This document shows positions 40,460-54,500 of a DNA stretch of 64,000 nt, one piece after another. Within the stretch, counting starts at the first letter, position 1; the number at the start of each line of letters is the position of its first letter. Source of the DNA: Catajapyx aquilonaris (taxonomy: Eukaryota). The DNA is taken from positions 1-64,000 of the forward strand of contig KZ538326.1 in NCBI GenBank assembly GCA_000934665.2. The letters run 5' to 3'. The position numbers and the translations under genes were made by a program. Below the pieces are notes generated by a model, which worked only from the letters and a program-made list of their open reading frames with translations, did no database searches and was not told where the DNA came from.

Positions 40460-40690
40460 ATTATAATGGATATTATAGGGAGGTTGGCCCGGCATTGCCT
40501 CTTCAACCTCCATGGATAGGGAAGGAAGGAAGCGGCTGTGGCCTATTATACGGATGCGACCCCGGAATTATCCTAGGAAGACCGTGAAAAACCACAGAAA
40601 ACCACGGTCAGGATCGGCGGCCCCGGGATTCGAACCCAGGACCTCCCGATTAGCAGTCGGACGCCTTATCCACCAAGCCACTGCTTCGGT
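40460..40690 (-). mobile_element. Full-length tRNA-derived SINE with 13-bp TSD
   Basis: Minus-strand head GAAGCAGTGGCTTGGTGGATAAGGCGTCCGACTGCTAATCGGGAGGTCCTGGGTTCGAATCCC has A and B boxes. TSD TGTAGGTGAATAC at 40447-40459 and 40691-40703. Confidence 0.9.
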
Positions 40691-43600
40691 TGTAGGTGAA
40701 TACTGCCAGAAGCTAATTAACTTAGCCTACTGAAGCAGACTTCTGCAAAACTGTACTAAGCTACGTCAGAGGTCAGGCTATACACACACACTGAACTTCA
40801 TTCCTGCATGAGCTACGTTACTGCAGTAAAGTGTCGTGTCGTGCACGAACAGTCATGTTATATATTCAGGCTTAAATACATATATTAAATATGCTCACTA
40901 CGCGGGGCGTTCTTCTGCCCAAGTTTACCTTGCTATATATGCGCCCGACTTTGTTTATCAACTGGGGCAGATGATCACCCTGAATTATCTGTGCAATTGC
41001 AACTTTCACGGAATGCATATATTTCATACAGTATAGGCGTATGCAAGTAGCCCTCCGCAAATCCGTCAGCTGTATCTCTATAAAGAGGGGGGGGGGGGGG
41101 GAATGAGTAGGGCAACCCCACTGATATCCTATACGTGATATATAGCTCCATCTCCTTTTGAAGCACCATGCATCAAAGCACGCCGGTAAATATATATATT
41201 TTTCATTCTGAACACGTAGATAACTTGTCAGCCTATAATGTTGCGCGAACCACTCTCTGCAAGCGCGCACAGAGTGGTCTTCTTGCAAGGTAATTGCATA
41301 AAGCTCTATACAGAACCGGTGAACCAAAAAGGACGTCTCTTCCATTTGAACGTCACTCAACATATCCTATTTTGTTCCAGACCTACGCTCGGTTATAGCC
41401 TGGAGTCAACTATCGACAGGACCAAAGGGAAGGAGAGAAATGTCTCCGCCTCGACGGAATGCACCAGGTCCTCATTCCCTAGAGTCTGGAATTAAAAATT
41501 AAACAAGTAGCTCTCTGGCAGAGACTTGACTCATGCCAACGAGGCGAATTACAGTACAACGATGTTCATTATTAAGTGCAAGTCAACCGAAGCGGGATCA
41601 AGTAGCGGTACGCAAGGAGCTTTTATACTGAAGAGGGCCAATTTTGGTTCGTGGGGGGAGGGGGGGGGGGCATTCGGGTAAAGAGCATTCACATAAATAT
41701 CCAGGTACAGGCTGGCTATACCGATCATACTCACATGAAAGCTGACATGCACACAGCAGTAGCAGATATCACTATAGTAATTTTTATGCATCATTGTACG
41801 CGTTAACAGTGACGTGCATGGAGTGGTAATGTGTGCATAAAAGAGAGAATGGCTGTTCAAATAGTTATACCAACTATTATTGTTATGCTACACCCAATTT
41901 CAAACGCTCTGTGGGGGCCATACATATTCAGTGAAACCAACCATATTTCCTGCGCTATATGTATAGTATACAGAGTGGTACGAAAGGTGGGTATTTACTC
42001 TCGAATTTATGCTTTTTGTTATTTTCTCAGACGGAATTACCCTAGTTGATTTTGGCGGTTTCGGCTTCATTGCAGAGTTAATTGAGCACTCCTAAGTTTA
42101 TAATTGCTTTAATACTCTGGGTGGTATGATTCATCCTACTGGGCAGGCGACCCGCCCGACATCCCTGCAGCCTGGGTCCCCTGGCAAGCAGGATGAGCCC
42201 TGTCAACAGCCGAGTGTTGAGGCTATTCAAAGCATAAAAACACTACCTTTGTAATGAAGCTGAAACCACCTAATTCAACTGGGGCAATATAACTAGTGTC
42301 ATACTGTACATTTTCAAGAAGCCTAAATCATTGAAGTGCGTACATTTCGTACCACCTTGTATACAAATCGCTACATTTTAATGCAATTATGCACCAGCTG
42401 AAATATGCTGCCGTTGCAGTGGAAGGTAAAAATGCACCACAACTATGGCCTATTGTCCGTCCATACCATACAATTCTTCGCAAATAACGTTTCCAATATT
42501 GTATATGCCAATTTCATATTACACAAGAGAGTGCGTTACAAAACTCTCAGCCTATTTTTTGTTAAAATATAGGCTACTTTTATATTGAACACCCCCATTC
42601 TGGACCGAAGCCCTAACGCAGCTCAGATATGATATCGGTGGAAATCTCAAATACGTCAGGTCTTCTCTTGGCCTTCAGTTGTGAATATGAGTTGACTTTT
42701 GTTCACTGTATGTGGCATGATCGAGTTGTTTTGCCTTACAGTGCATCATAAATATGGAAATATTGCACCTTTATCGTTATGCAACTTTTGTCAGCTGCAA
42801 CACCCTGCCATGCGTTACAGCTATGGTGCAAGAGATAAGTTGGGAACTGTCGATAACGACAAGGCATGGCATATGTTTTTAGGCCTTCTTGATTCATCAG
42901 TATTAAACCCAACTGCATATCTGATCCTTTGGTAAGCAAGTGCATAAAGCCCCATTTCATAATAAATGGCCGTGGGACACTATAGTTACAGTACCCGTCC
43001 GTGGCACAATTTCGCCCATTTATGCACAAGCAGAATGGCTACAAAAAAGCAGAAATTTACACCGCCCTGTGATTACAACCGCGATTGCAACAGTCAAACC
43101 GCAGTATTTCGCCATCCACCCAGCTAAACCCAACACAGGTTATAAAAGAATCGAAAATTTGATGGCAAGTATAAGCTCCCCAGAGACGAACTTGGAACCT
43201 CCACAAAAAAGCATGTTTTGCCCATAAAAACCCTATGATATTAGGTCCATAACACCCGGAAAATGAGGTTCCGGTAACAGTACGTCGGTAGCATTTTGGT
43301 TCTTGACCAGCTGAGTACTGCCTATTATACAGTATACAAATCCGATTAGCCTACTCAGCAATCAGCCTTGAACTCCGGTCCTCCGAGGAGGCGGAGGACG
43401 GGCTTTTTGGGTGTGGTCGGGAACGTGAATAAACCCTCATTCCTTGGCTCTGACTTTGCTCGTTTTTGCCCTCCACGTGAACCGGCGCGGATCCGTGTCA
43501 TTCAACCCCCGTACACCGGTATGCATGCACACAAAAAAAAATGCATAAAAGCAGGATTTTTTTTTCTCTCCGGATCTGAAGGAATCCGGAGGGTTGCCTT

Positions 43601-44589
43601 ATCCGTTGTACGTACATTGGTCCAAGTTGCACCACGACAACATTTGCATCTTGTTCAACCCTGGCAGAAGCGCCTGGAGTCGATAAAGCTGGCACTTCTC
43701 CTCCTTTTTGCCGCCCTGTCGCCCGCATCTTTTCCTCGGACGAATAATTGTGCCTCCCGGATTTTTCAGCTAAACTTGGGCCGTTTCAGCCAGGTTTATG
43801 TCCGTGTTTGCTGCTGTCATGAATGTCTTGGAGGACTCTGCTTCTGAATATTTATTGTTGTCTCCTGGCAAAAATAAATAAATAAGGCTGCAGGCATGGA
43901 CTGCGCTAATGACCCACTGTGCCAGGCAGTGGCAGCCAAAGGCCCCCTTTTCTCCTTTACCAAACTTTCCGCCGGAAAAAGCGACAAATAAAGTTGTACC
44001 GCGTGAGAGAGTCAGCACTTTATTTTACAGGATTAGAAAAAAAGGCTGGTCGATTCCAACATATGTTTTTGTTCTCTTTCGGAAAACGTTAGGAAAATAC
44101 AGTGACGTACTTCCGTTCTTCCAGCACGTTTACTACTCTGTAAAACGGTCACGATACAGTATTCTTATACCGTTCACGAAACTGATCCTGCTGGCTTGTA
44201 TGTGCCTGCGAGTCATATTAGATAACGCGATGCAACGATATCAATAAAGGGCCGATAAGTTGCAAATTCCACCAGCAGGCGAAAAATGTGGCACAAGTGT
44301 TGAACTTCTGGCGACTGCCGCCGCATTATTATCAGTCAGAAAAAGCCTTGAATAAATACAAAGCCACGCAAAATGAGCCCGTGAATACCAATCATCCCAA
44401 TACGCCAAAATGTAGATGGGAACCCCCAAAAAATTGCCCATGATTTTTTTTTTTTTAAGTCGATGGAATTCAGCGACGAGTCCTATAGCTAATAACGAAG
44501 ACCTAATCCCGCTGTCGGAAGCCGGATTTCCATTTCGGCAGCCGAGAACTTCAAAGTCTGCAGAAAGGAGCCGCCAACTCTTCTTCCCG

Positions 44590-45104
<515 letters not shown>

Positions 45105-46489
45105 TACGCGAAACTGAAGAAAAACCACCTTCCCTTATGGAAAAGCCTTGTAATTTTAAAGTGCGTACCAAGATTGGAAGCAACCAAGAGGAAGGGGGAA
45201 AAAAATATCCGGGGCGTATTACAAGAGCATCCTACCACCAACGAGGAGAATCCGCTACTGTAATGAGAACAGAGATGCCAGCTGCAGCTCACATTTCCCT
45301 CTCAAACAGACTCAAAAATTATGTGGATCACATTTCACAAAGAACCATGTAACCACTGAAACTTTTTTTTTTCCACCTCCAGTATTTTGCAGCACTGCGT
45401 CAAACATTAACTGGCCAAAAAACTAGATGAGTTCAAGTAGTTTCGCAACTATTGTTAATACGAGCGTTTTGCTCTATAAAAAACTCGAACAATATACAGT
45501 TAGTGGATCTGCTTTTAAATCCAGCCGACAAAGTCCGCTGCATCCTGAATCGCTTCCTTCAACCATTGGTTATAATATGGTCGAGTAAATTCTAGTCGGA
45601 CTCAGCCCAAAATTAATGTGACACACTACATGCCCACTCGTGCAATACCGATTAATATACCGCGGAAAAAAACACGTGATTAAAATTGCACCGCGTTAAA
45701 AGCATTTTTTGTGTGCGTGTATTTGTCGACCGGAGTACCGCATCATGACGTTACACGTCCAGGCTGCAAATGCAAAACCGGCTCGCAGCTCAGTTTTAGG
45801 CATATAGAAAACCGGACAGTCATGCCTGTTAAATTCAGGCTAACTCTCAGTAAAATTTAATTTCCCTTCACCAGATTCTACCAAGGCTTCTACAGTACTG
45901 ATTACTCCACTTCATTTCCACATTATTTCCCCTTGTTCCTTTGCATCAGAATTATTAGTTGACATTATTTTAATTTAATTTAATTACTAAAATATTTGAT
46001 CAAACCAACCTGTCCAGAATCGATAGTCGTCTTATTCCGGCTAGAAGCAGCCATCAGGCTCCTAACTAACTTCTTCCACTTCCCCACCTGTACCTCCTGG
46101 TCAGCAGCAGCCCTGATCCCCATCTCTCCCTCTCACCTCCCGAATCCAACAACCAGCCTGGCCTTGCCCACCTCCACTTTTCTAATCACCTTAGCCGGAC
46201 ACACCATAGCCTTCCTCTCACCTACTGCTGCCTACCCACCCATTCCCAAAGCATGCGCTGCATATTCAAGGAATTCCAGGAAGTATGTTGCATGCTATGA
46301 CCATTCTTGAGAGGTGGATGGGAGACAGACCACCAAGGCAGCAGCAGGTGTGGCTGCTTATTGATCGGCGTCCCTTCCACCCTGCTACTAAAGATGACCC
46401 CAAAAAACGTGTGCCTGCAGCCTCTTCCACCACCACCCTAAATGCTCAATTTCTCATTCTATAACAGCACGCACATCAGAATAAGAATA

Positions 46490-46548
46490 TTCGGGGATCG
46501 AACTCGGGACCTCAGAGGCGGAAGGCTCGCGTCCGACACTTACTGGAC
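46490..46548 (-). mobile_element. Degenerate tRNA-like SINE head fragment
   Basis: Minus strand ...GAGGTCCCGAGTTCGATCCCCGA has a B-box and closely matches the 8126-8144 SINE head. Confidence 0.45.
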
Positions 46549-49500
46549 ATACCTCACCTTTCAAGATGTGAGGCCATATTGGATATGGGGGTGGAAACAG
46601 CTCACGTGAGGTGGAAAATCTGGATGTCAACTGGTTATGTATGGGGCGCAATCCCAAATTGGGGAGAATTAAAATGGAGGACGCGATGCTGGTGCCGTGA
46701 TAAATATTCATCTTCGCCAGTGCAACAGGGCAAGTATTTTTGCATTGGAGCAACGTTAGGGTGGGGAGAAGGGGAAGTGCTATACTTGATGCGGATATTA
46801 GTAGTTAATGGGCGAACCTGCTGTAATACCGGTTCGTGCCGTGCACCGGAATTCTTCCGGGGCCCTATACCCGAGTTTACCTTAGGCTTATACGTAGAAC
46901 CTTCCCTCCTCCCCATTAATGAGGATTAACCATTTTCGAACCTCCCCCTCCCAAGGCAATCCTGAATTAGCAAATTCAAGCATAGTCATCAACCAGACGT
47001 CTGGATATTCCAACGGCCTTCACCCCACGTGATCCTCCCTTGCTTCGATGACCTCCACTGGCTAAGGCTTGTCTAGCTCTATTTTTTTTTTCTATAATTA
47101 TTCATTGCCGTTTATATGGGGAAATTAGCCCAGTTCATTGCTTCGGCTACTTGATCGATCCAAACAATCCCTTCGACACCCATTTCCCACGAGATCGACT
47201 TGCGTCGGGTGCACGAAACGTGACGTCAACGCACTTTTTCCTATACTGATTGGAGCACCGACTTCCGCCACGCGAAAATACCGCTCCCAGAAAAAGCTCA
47301 AAAAATGGGCGGTAATAGACGGGGGCTGGTAAAACCGGGAACAAACATAAGGGGAAGTGCCTGCGCAAACCTACGTCACGTCACAATTCAGGTCCCTTCC
47401 CTCATGACGTGTGTTTTAGATTGACCTGACGTCACCGACACCCACCCAAGGTTACACCACAGTTTATAATATGGGACAATATTGTGCCGCCATTTCCTTT
47501 CCCAAACGTGATCCTCGTCAACAACCCCCCAGGTTGGCCCTGTCCACCACCTCATTTGCAACCAGACAAGCAACCTGTTTGTTTTGTGGGTCACCAGGTG
47601 TAATATCCACTTTGACCGTTATGTACCTTGTTTTTTTTTCCACCCTTCCTTCCTGGACACAAAAAGGTTGGTGGCGGTCAAGGGCGTGCCTGTTCGCCAA
47701 CTGACGTCATTGCCCCTTATCCTTGCTAACAACACGAGGCTTCAGAGGATATCCACGCCTCAGTGGGTGGTTCAGCACTTAAAAGGCCGATCATCATAGC
47801 CTTTTTCACTTGTAACCTTCCCAGAAGAGGGGGGACAGAAACGCCCATTATGACGCGGTGGCATAGATATTACAGCTAGTTTCAAGAGCCATTGTGGTAT
47901 TCCTGCAGTGTTTCATGTGTGTTACGTGCCTGTCCACTTCATCGGACCCGTATTATCGTCAATAATCGCGTGTTGACATTCAGAATGTGATGACGTATTC
48001 CGTTAATATGTTAAAAAAAATATATATATATGGCGGCACGTGGATGGCATCAGTGTGCAGCCTTGGGATAGGAGTGATGTAGCAATGAGCAACAATGTCA
48101 ACAATGGAACAAATACTGACGTCAGTAATATTTTAAGGTCGAATACATTACAGTGCAAGTCAACCCCCAAGTGTCATATTCGTGTGTACAGGAAAAGGGT
48201 TGGAGGTTATGTGACGAGCAAACTTTACGTCCTTGCCGAATGCCAAATGTGCCCGATAACAGTGAAGCCAGGCCCATTATCTCAAGTGATGCCAAATCTG
48301 CGTCATGAAACGACAAAAATGGACTAAAATAAACGGCTAGGTTTCCTTTTACGGCCTCAGATATTATTACACTTTTCCATTTTATAACAACAATTCGACA
48401 GTGTTGAGGTTTTTTTTTGCGCACACCTTTCTCCGCCTTTGCCTACTATTTCTTTCCAATCTGATCTACTTTGTACCTTTGATTACACCAAGAAAGAATA
48501 TACGCCGACTGCCCCCATAATCATAAAACTAATGACTAAATGCTGACTACCATTACCGGTACTTTCATTGCTGGCGGATAACACTCCGTATAGTTTCAAC
48601 CCACCGCACGCTCATCATTCCTGAAACACCGACATCAGACTCCAGGATATTCTAATTACACTCCTGACTTAATTGAGCGGGTATGTGTCCCACATAACAA
48701 AATTACGCAAAAAAAAGCTTCGAATTACAAATCCCCATGTAAGGGGTTTCGGCATATCTGTATAGAGTGGTGCGCAGTAGAGAAGCGTCCTTATATTTTT
48801 GTTTTCATCCTGTCAGGGTCGTTAATCAAGAGAGTCCTCTATCTCTCGGGGTCCTCCCAATTATTCAGTCTGCTGACGGCTACAAAAAAGGATCATTAAG
48901 GGCTTGGATAGAGGAGTTGCATCCAGATCATTAGCCAGAGAAGAATATGGCCCTAAGCGACTTTAATGTTTTCTTTCCTCGCTCCAGCTTCCTCTTTGCT
49001 CGTATACAGTATAGGCTTCCTCCAGCTTTGGCAAGCACCATCTAGAGACTGCATCTCCATCAATCATGATCACAGATAGCCTTTCAGCAATGTGCACAGC
49101 GCAGAAGCCCAGGCTTCCCATGGGATATTATGCGCAAGGAAGTATGCATAGCGCGGTCATCAATTTCCTATGAAATCTAACAAGCACTTTGCCCTTGTCC
49201 GTTTGACCAAGTGGGAATGAAATTCACTCTGATTTGACCAAATGTTGGTGGGTCTCATAGGGGCATTTCTAGCTCAAATTGACTGAAAGCATGCCATGGT
49301 CTACATTTTTCGGAGGGGAGTCTCCTTAGTCATATTTTAAACTCCATTTTGCTATAACCACCTGGATTAACTAAGTGTTTTGAAAGCACACAACCTTAAA
49401 TTGCGAGGAGGGAGTTTCAAGTCCCTTTACGGCACGCACTTAGCCCTCGAGTCATGACTAATTCACGAGTATCATTATGTCAGAGCGAGTTTGGAAACTC

Positions 49501-51467
49501 CCAAATTAAAACCGGGGGGGGGGGGGGGGGCTCGTGCCAACTAATGTCGCTTAACAAAGGCAGTCTGCCGCTCATTTTTGCCTCGTAAGAGGCTTAACGA
49601 TAAATAGGCAGCTACAGTATACACATTGTAGTTCCAAGTTTACAAACTGATATATTTATGACAGCCGAACAGGTTCAGCCTGATGCGATTTGTGGCACAT
49701 GTTGATTTTTATTCCTGATTCATCCATAATGCAATATTTGTGTGCAAGTAGTATGACACTGGTATTGGAATATATCACACTATCGCATTGACGATCATAG
49801 TTATAATTATCCCATATCTATGTTACAGTAATCATTATCACGGCTTCATTAGTGGAACAACCATACATGTAAAAGTACTCATTCTGCTGCCAGCAATTCA
49901 CCACCAGATGGCCTTCAAATCTTTCCCATCGATGCCAACATGGAAGATATATCAACATTTCTATTGTTCACATGTTTCTCGTAACCTTTCTGATCAGTTA
50001 GTGTATCCATAGCCCAGAGTCGAGGGCTGAATGTTCCAACAATAAATCCCTGCAAGAATGTCTCTTCTTCAAACGGGCACATCTTTTACAAACGAGTTCC
50101 ACTTTACTAACAAAATAAAGCCACACAATTATCATGGTCACGCTGCGAGAAACATTTCATTATTATTCATCAAGATCCCCGTTCCGTAACGCTCACCACG
50201 GAGCAAGGAACATTACTGGGGAAGGAAAAAAAGTATATTTCCATCTTCCTGAAAGCCGCTCCGCAAATGAAGACGTTAAATTCCCTGTCTTCTCCCCCAA
50301 ACCAGCCCAGATTTGTTTAGGGTCTTCCGCAAAGGTTCCTCAAACTTGACCCCCCTCCGATAGCGGAAACCCGTATAGATTAAGATGTGTCGGAACGGAA
50401 GTAATAGGAAACGCCATGATCCAGCAGGTAAGTGACAGTTTGATTGGGCCGGATTGGGACGTTGATTGGGTACCAAGTTGGGTCCAGTACCCCCATCTCT
50501 CCCCTACCTCCCCTCAGGTTGGGTTTGGGGAGATGGCGAGGGATCGATTCCTCGGGTCGGCGACATGCTCCCAGATTAATTTCCCGGATCCATTGTGTTT
50601 CCAGCCACTGACTTGGCCCTTGATACCATCCGCCTATAGAGTAGAATGGTACTGTTATGGCGCTCAATGTCCCTCTCTCCTGGGGAGTAGAACCGTACAG
50701 CGACGATCAGGGTGATGCAACTGGGCCTGTTATGGGTGTCTGTTTGGGTCCGGCACCAACATCCATTTCATCTGCTGGCCCGGACTCCGTAGGGACTCAA
50801 CGCTCGCTTTTATCGACGCCCGCGACGCTATTTTTTTCCGAGCGCGTTCACTTTCTTCTTCGCTAGTTGTTGACTTAATCCTTCAGCTTGAAAACTTCTC
50901 TCCCCAGGAGTTTTCTCATAGGAACGCCCTTCTCATTCTGGGTGCCATCTTGTGCTTGGGTTCAGGGGTTGTGGCGCCACCAGTACGACACCATTACTGT
51001 CCAGAGGTGTCCGAAAGTGTCGGCTGGACCCAACCATGCGATATGACTCATATCTGGAGCGTCGCTGCGTCGGATGAATAAAAAGCAACGAGCCGCAGTT
51101 GCTCTGGCGATGAATTGAAATGTCGCCGGTTCGTTAGCGAAATTGCAGCCACTGGCCCACCCCACATTTCCAGGCTGTGTACAGCCGTATGTTACACAGG
51201 CGTATAGCATTTTGCGCCCTTTGGGCTGCCCTTGCTGTCATAACAGCGCCTGGCAAATCAGGCGGTATGTTCATCAGTGTTTTCGGAGGACTAACTTTTG
51301 ATGGCCGGTCATCCCACGCTCGGTCGACAATGCAGGCCGAGTGCCACCGTTTTCCACATCGGTCCATGGTCACGAGGGCCTGTTGCAAGATATGCCGCCG
51401 ATAATTACTACCCCCCCCCCTCCTCTACGCTGTCACTCGGCCAGAGTTACATGACAAAGGAGCTCCC

Positions 51468-51581
51468 NNNNNNNNNNNNNNNNNNNNNNNNNNNNNNNNN
51501 NNNNNNNNNNNNNNNNNNNNNNNNNNNNNNNNNNNNNNNNNNNNNNNNNNNNNNNNNNNNNNNNNNNNNNNNNNNNNNNNN
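51468..51581. other. Assembly gap (N run) between C and G runs
   Basis: N bases followed by poly-G. Confidence 0.95.
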
Positions 51582-54500
51582 NGGGGGGGGGGGGGGGTGC
51601 TTGGTCCACGCGCGGATTCTTTCTAGGGAAGAACATTTTTGACACGTATTAATGCTGTAGACTCCGGCTGAGCGGGACATTTATATGCACGATTCCTTTG
51701 GCTCCAACAGGAATACCGTTAAGGCAGATGACCTCCAGTGTCCCGTTGCAGCCAGCCAGGAGAAGAATGCACAAAACCCGTCGCATGCTGCCCAGGAATT
51801 CGCGTCGTGGATACGGCCCGCTGATTGTTCTATGTGGCTTTCAGGGAAAAGAGAAGGTGGGCGGGGGGGGGGGGGGGNGGGGGGGCTCTAAGCCATATTG
51901 GCAGTCAGTGTTTCCCGAAGTGCCGGAGGATAATGCAATTTGATCGCAAGTTTGGGCACTTACGGAATCAGTCGGAGCACAACTTTGGACCCCCTCCCGA
52001 AAGTTTTTGAAAGGCCTGAAAGGAACTCTTTGGCATAAATCAATCATTGACACTTTCAACGTGCCAAAAAAGGTGACATTCGCCACTCTTAAGGCAGCTA
52101 GATGATCTTTTTTTACATATAAAAAAAACATGCCAGGGAACGAAAAGTACATGATGCAAACGCTGCCGAGCATCGCTTTCATCACGTGCTGGAATGGGAG
52201 GCTGGAGGCCCATAACGCTGGTCAATATGAAGCGCCAAAGCCTGTTTTCCCAAGAGCCCCCAAGCTGGTCGTGGTTTGAAAAAATAATAGAAAAAAACAC
52301 TACTCCCTCAACAATGAAAAAAAAAAAAAAACGCAAGCCAGCATACACTGCTCCCTAGAGGATAAGGGTCCATTACGGCCCGGAATCCCTGTCCGGATCA
52401 AATGTGCCCCAGTGTGGCACCAGGGCTCACCTTCCACCCGGGCAACACCTTCATACCATGACATCGACAAAAGCTCTTCATTTGCAAATAAATCCCCAAG
52501 TCCTGGATGTAATTAATTCATTCCCCCCGAAAGCCTGTTTGGCAGACTGGGAACTGGCAGGCTGCTCCTCTTCCTCCACCGGTAATCAAGAAGTGTGTGT
52601 GCAACCGTCATAATCGAGTTGCAGGTACACTGCTCTCAAGAGCGTTCCCGAGTGGTCACAAGTGCAAGCACTGGCCCTTTTAATAGAGCATGTCGCGCTA
52701 ACAACTATAAGTAGCTTCGGGCCATCCCAGTTCCCCGCAGAAATCCCACTAACTTCTATTTGTTACCTGGAAGCAAATAGCTTTAATGCCCTTTGCACGG
52801 GCACATTTGAGGGGGGATGAACAGACCGCATGTATCTACAGGATTCGTTAGGTCACCTCTATACTGGAACGGCTCGTAGTCCCTGACGGTTTGGTCCGCA
52901 TTGACATTAACGTTATATGATAGGGCTTATTAACTGGATAATGCCGAAAATTGGAACGATGCATCGGGGGGTGGGGTCGTGCGTAATTTTTTAATGGTCA
53001 ATTAAATCCATATATCGCTTTTGTCAAGATTGCGTTCGTAATTACATTAGCAATTGCTATAGCCATAGCAGCGTGGAATAATCTACGAGGTGGCCCAATA
53101 TTATATTGTATATAATAGGCTACCATTTTTGACAAGGTGGCCTGGGGCAGAGGTTATTCAAATTTCGAACGCCATGTGGTCATGGCCATGGAAAAGGGGC
53201 TTGCGAAAACCAACAGTTGTGTCTGGAGGGGTGCATCGCCCTCGACGTCCGCATGGTAGACCATGCAATAGAAAACTAGAGGCTGACTCAATTTCAGGAT
53301 TCTCTGCTACGGTACTGTACCATAGTGTCATGAAATTAATTCGCTAGTAACACAATACCACCTTGTCATACATAATATTGCTCCACCCTGTGTACATCAA
53401 TGATGCGATTTTGCATAATATGGATGTAACTGTTATTAATCAATAATAATTTTTAAATGATATATCGCGGGTCATTTACCTGGAACCACCAGATGTGCTG
53501 ACCACAAGAAGATTCCGGCAGTACAAAATGATACAAGAACAACCCTCCGTGTCGATTACTAACGGCATAAAACAATCGATTAATGCTAAGAGGCTAATTG
53601 CAAAGCATTTGATTCCAAAAGTGGCTTAACTCACATATCACGTAATTACGGAAAATCCTCTTTCTAACGTTTACACTTTCAAAAGGCAGATTCCAGTCCT
53701 ACGAGAAACCACCGAAAGCCATCAAGCGAACAGAAATCTATTCAGGAAGTGCTTCATTCTTACTTCCTCATTTATACAGTATATTTGACTCAGACAAAAC
53801 AGTTTATCGAATATTAGATCTCGTTGTCAGAATATTTGATAACATTGTCACGCATCCATCCAGCAAATCGGCTTTTCAAGTCCCACTTCCACACTGTTAC
53901 ATTATAAACGTAATAAGCTACAGAAACTCACATTTTATAGCAAACACAGTTAGACAACTTTGCGCCTTCAAAGGGAATAATGTATTTTAATAACCTGCAG
54001 CTTCTACACCACTACCGCCGAAATCAAAATTAATCTCCAACGGTTTGTCCCTGGTGGTTCTGGGAATCTTCCGTTCCTCTGCTGGGCTTCTGGACAGCTC
54101 CACCGTCTGCGCAAGTGCAGATATAGATTTTTGAAACACCCCATAGCTATTGTACCGGCCTCCTGGTACAAGCCGGTTTTTTATTCGCCCCGGAACTAAA
54201 AACACATGTTGAAGAAGAGTCAGACGACATGGTGAGTTCATTCGCACTATACCACTTGCAATATATGGAAATGCTCGACACAACAGGTGGTGAACGCCAT
54301 TTTTTTATGTATTAGACACTTGAAGCATAGTGCACCGTTGATAGTGTCAGCTGACTGCTAAGTCAGTCACGCAAGACTACCTACTGCAATAACTGTTTGG
54401 GCTTCCTCAGGCCACGTTCCACCCGTTTATTCCTGGCTCGCAATTTCCAGGCACACTTCGATTTAATGTCCAACTTACACCGCCACAACTTCTGGGATAC

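Noticed and set aside
40610..40690. Genuine tRNA-Ser(GCT) gene
   Set aside because: The acceptor stem does not pair, there is no long variable arm, and it sits in a TSD-flanked 231-bp unit, so it is better explained as a SINE.
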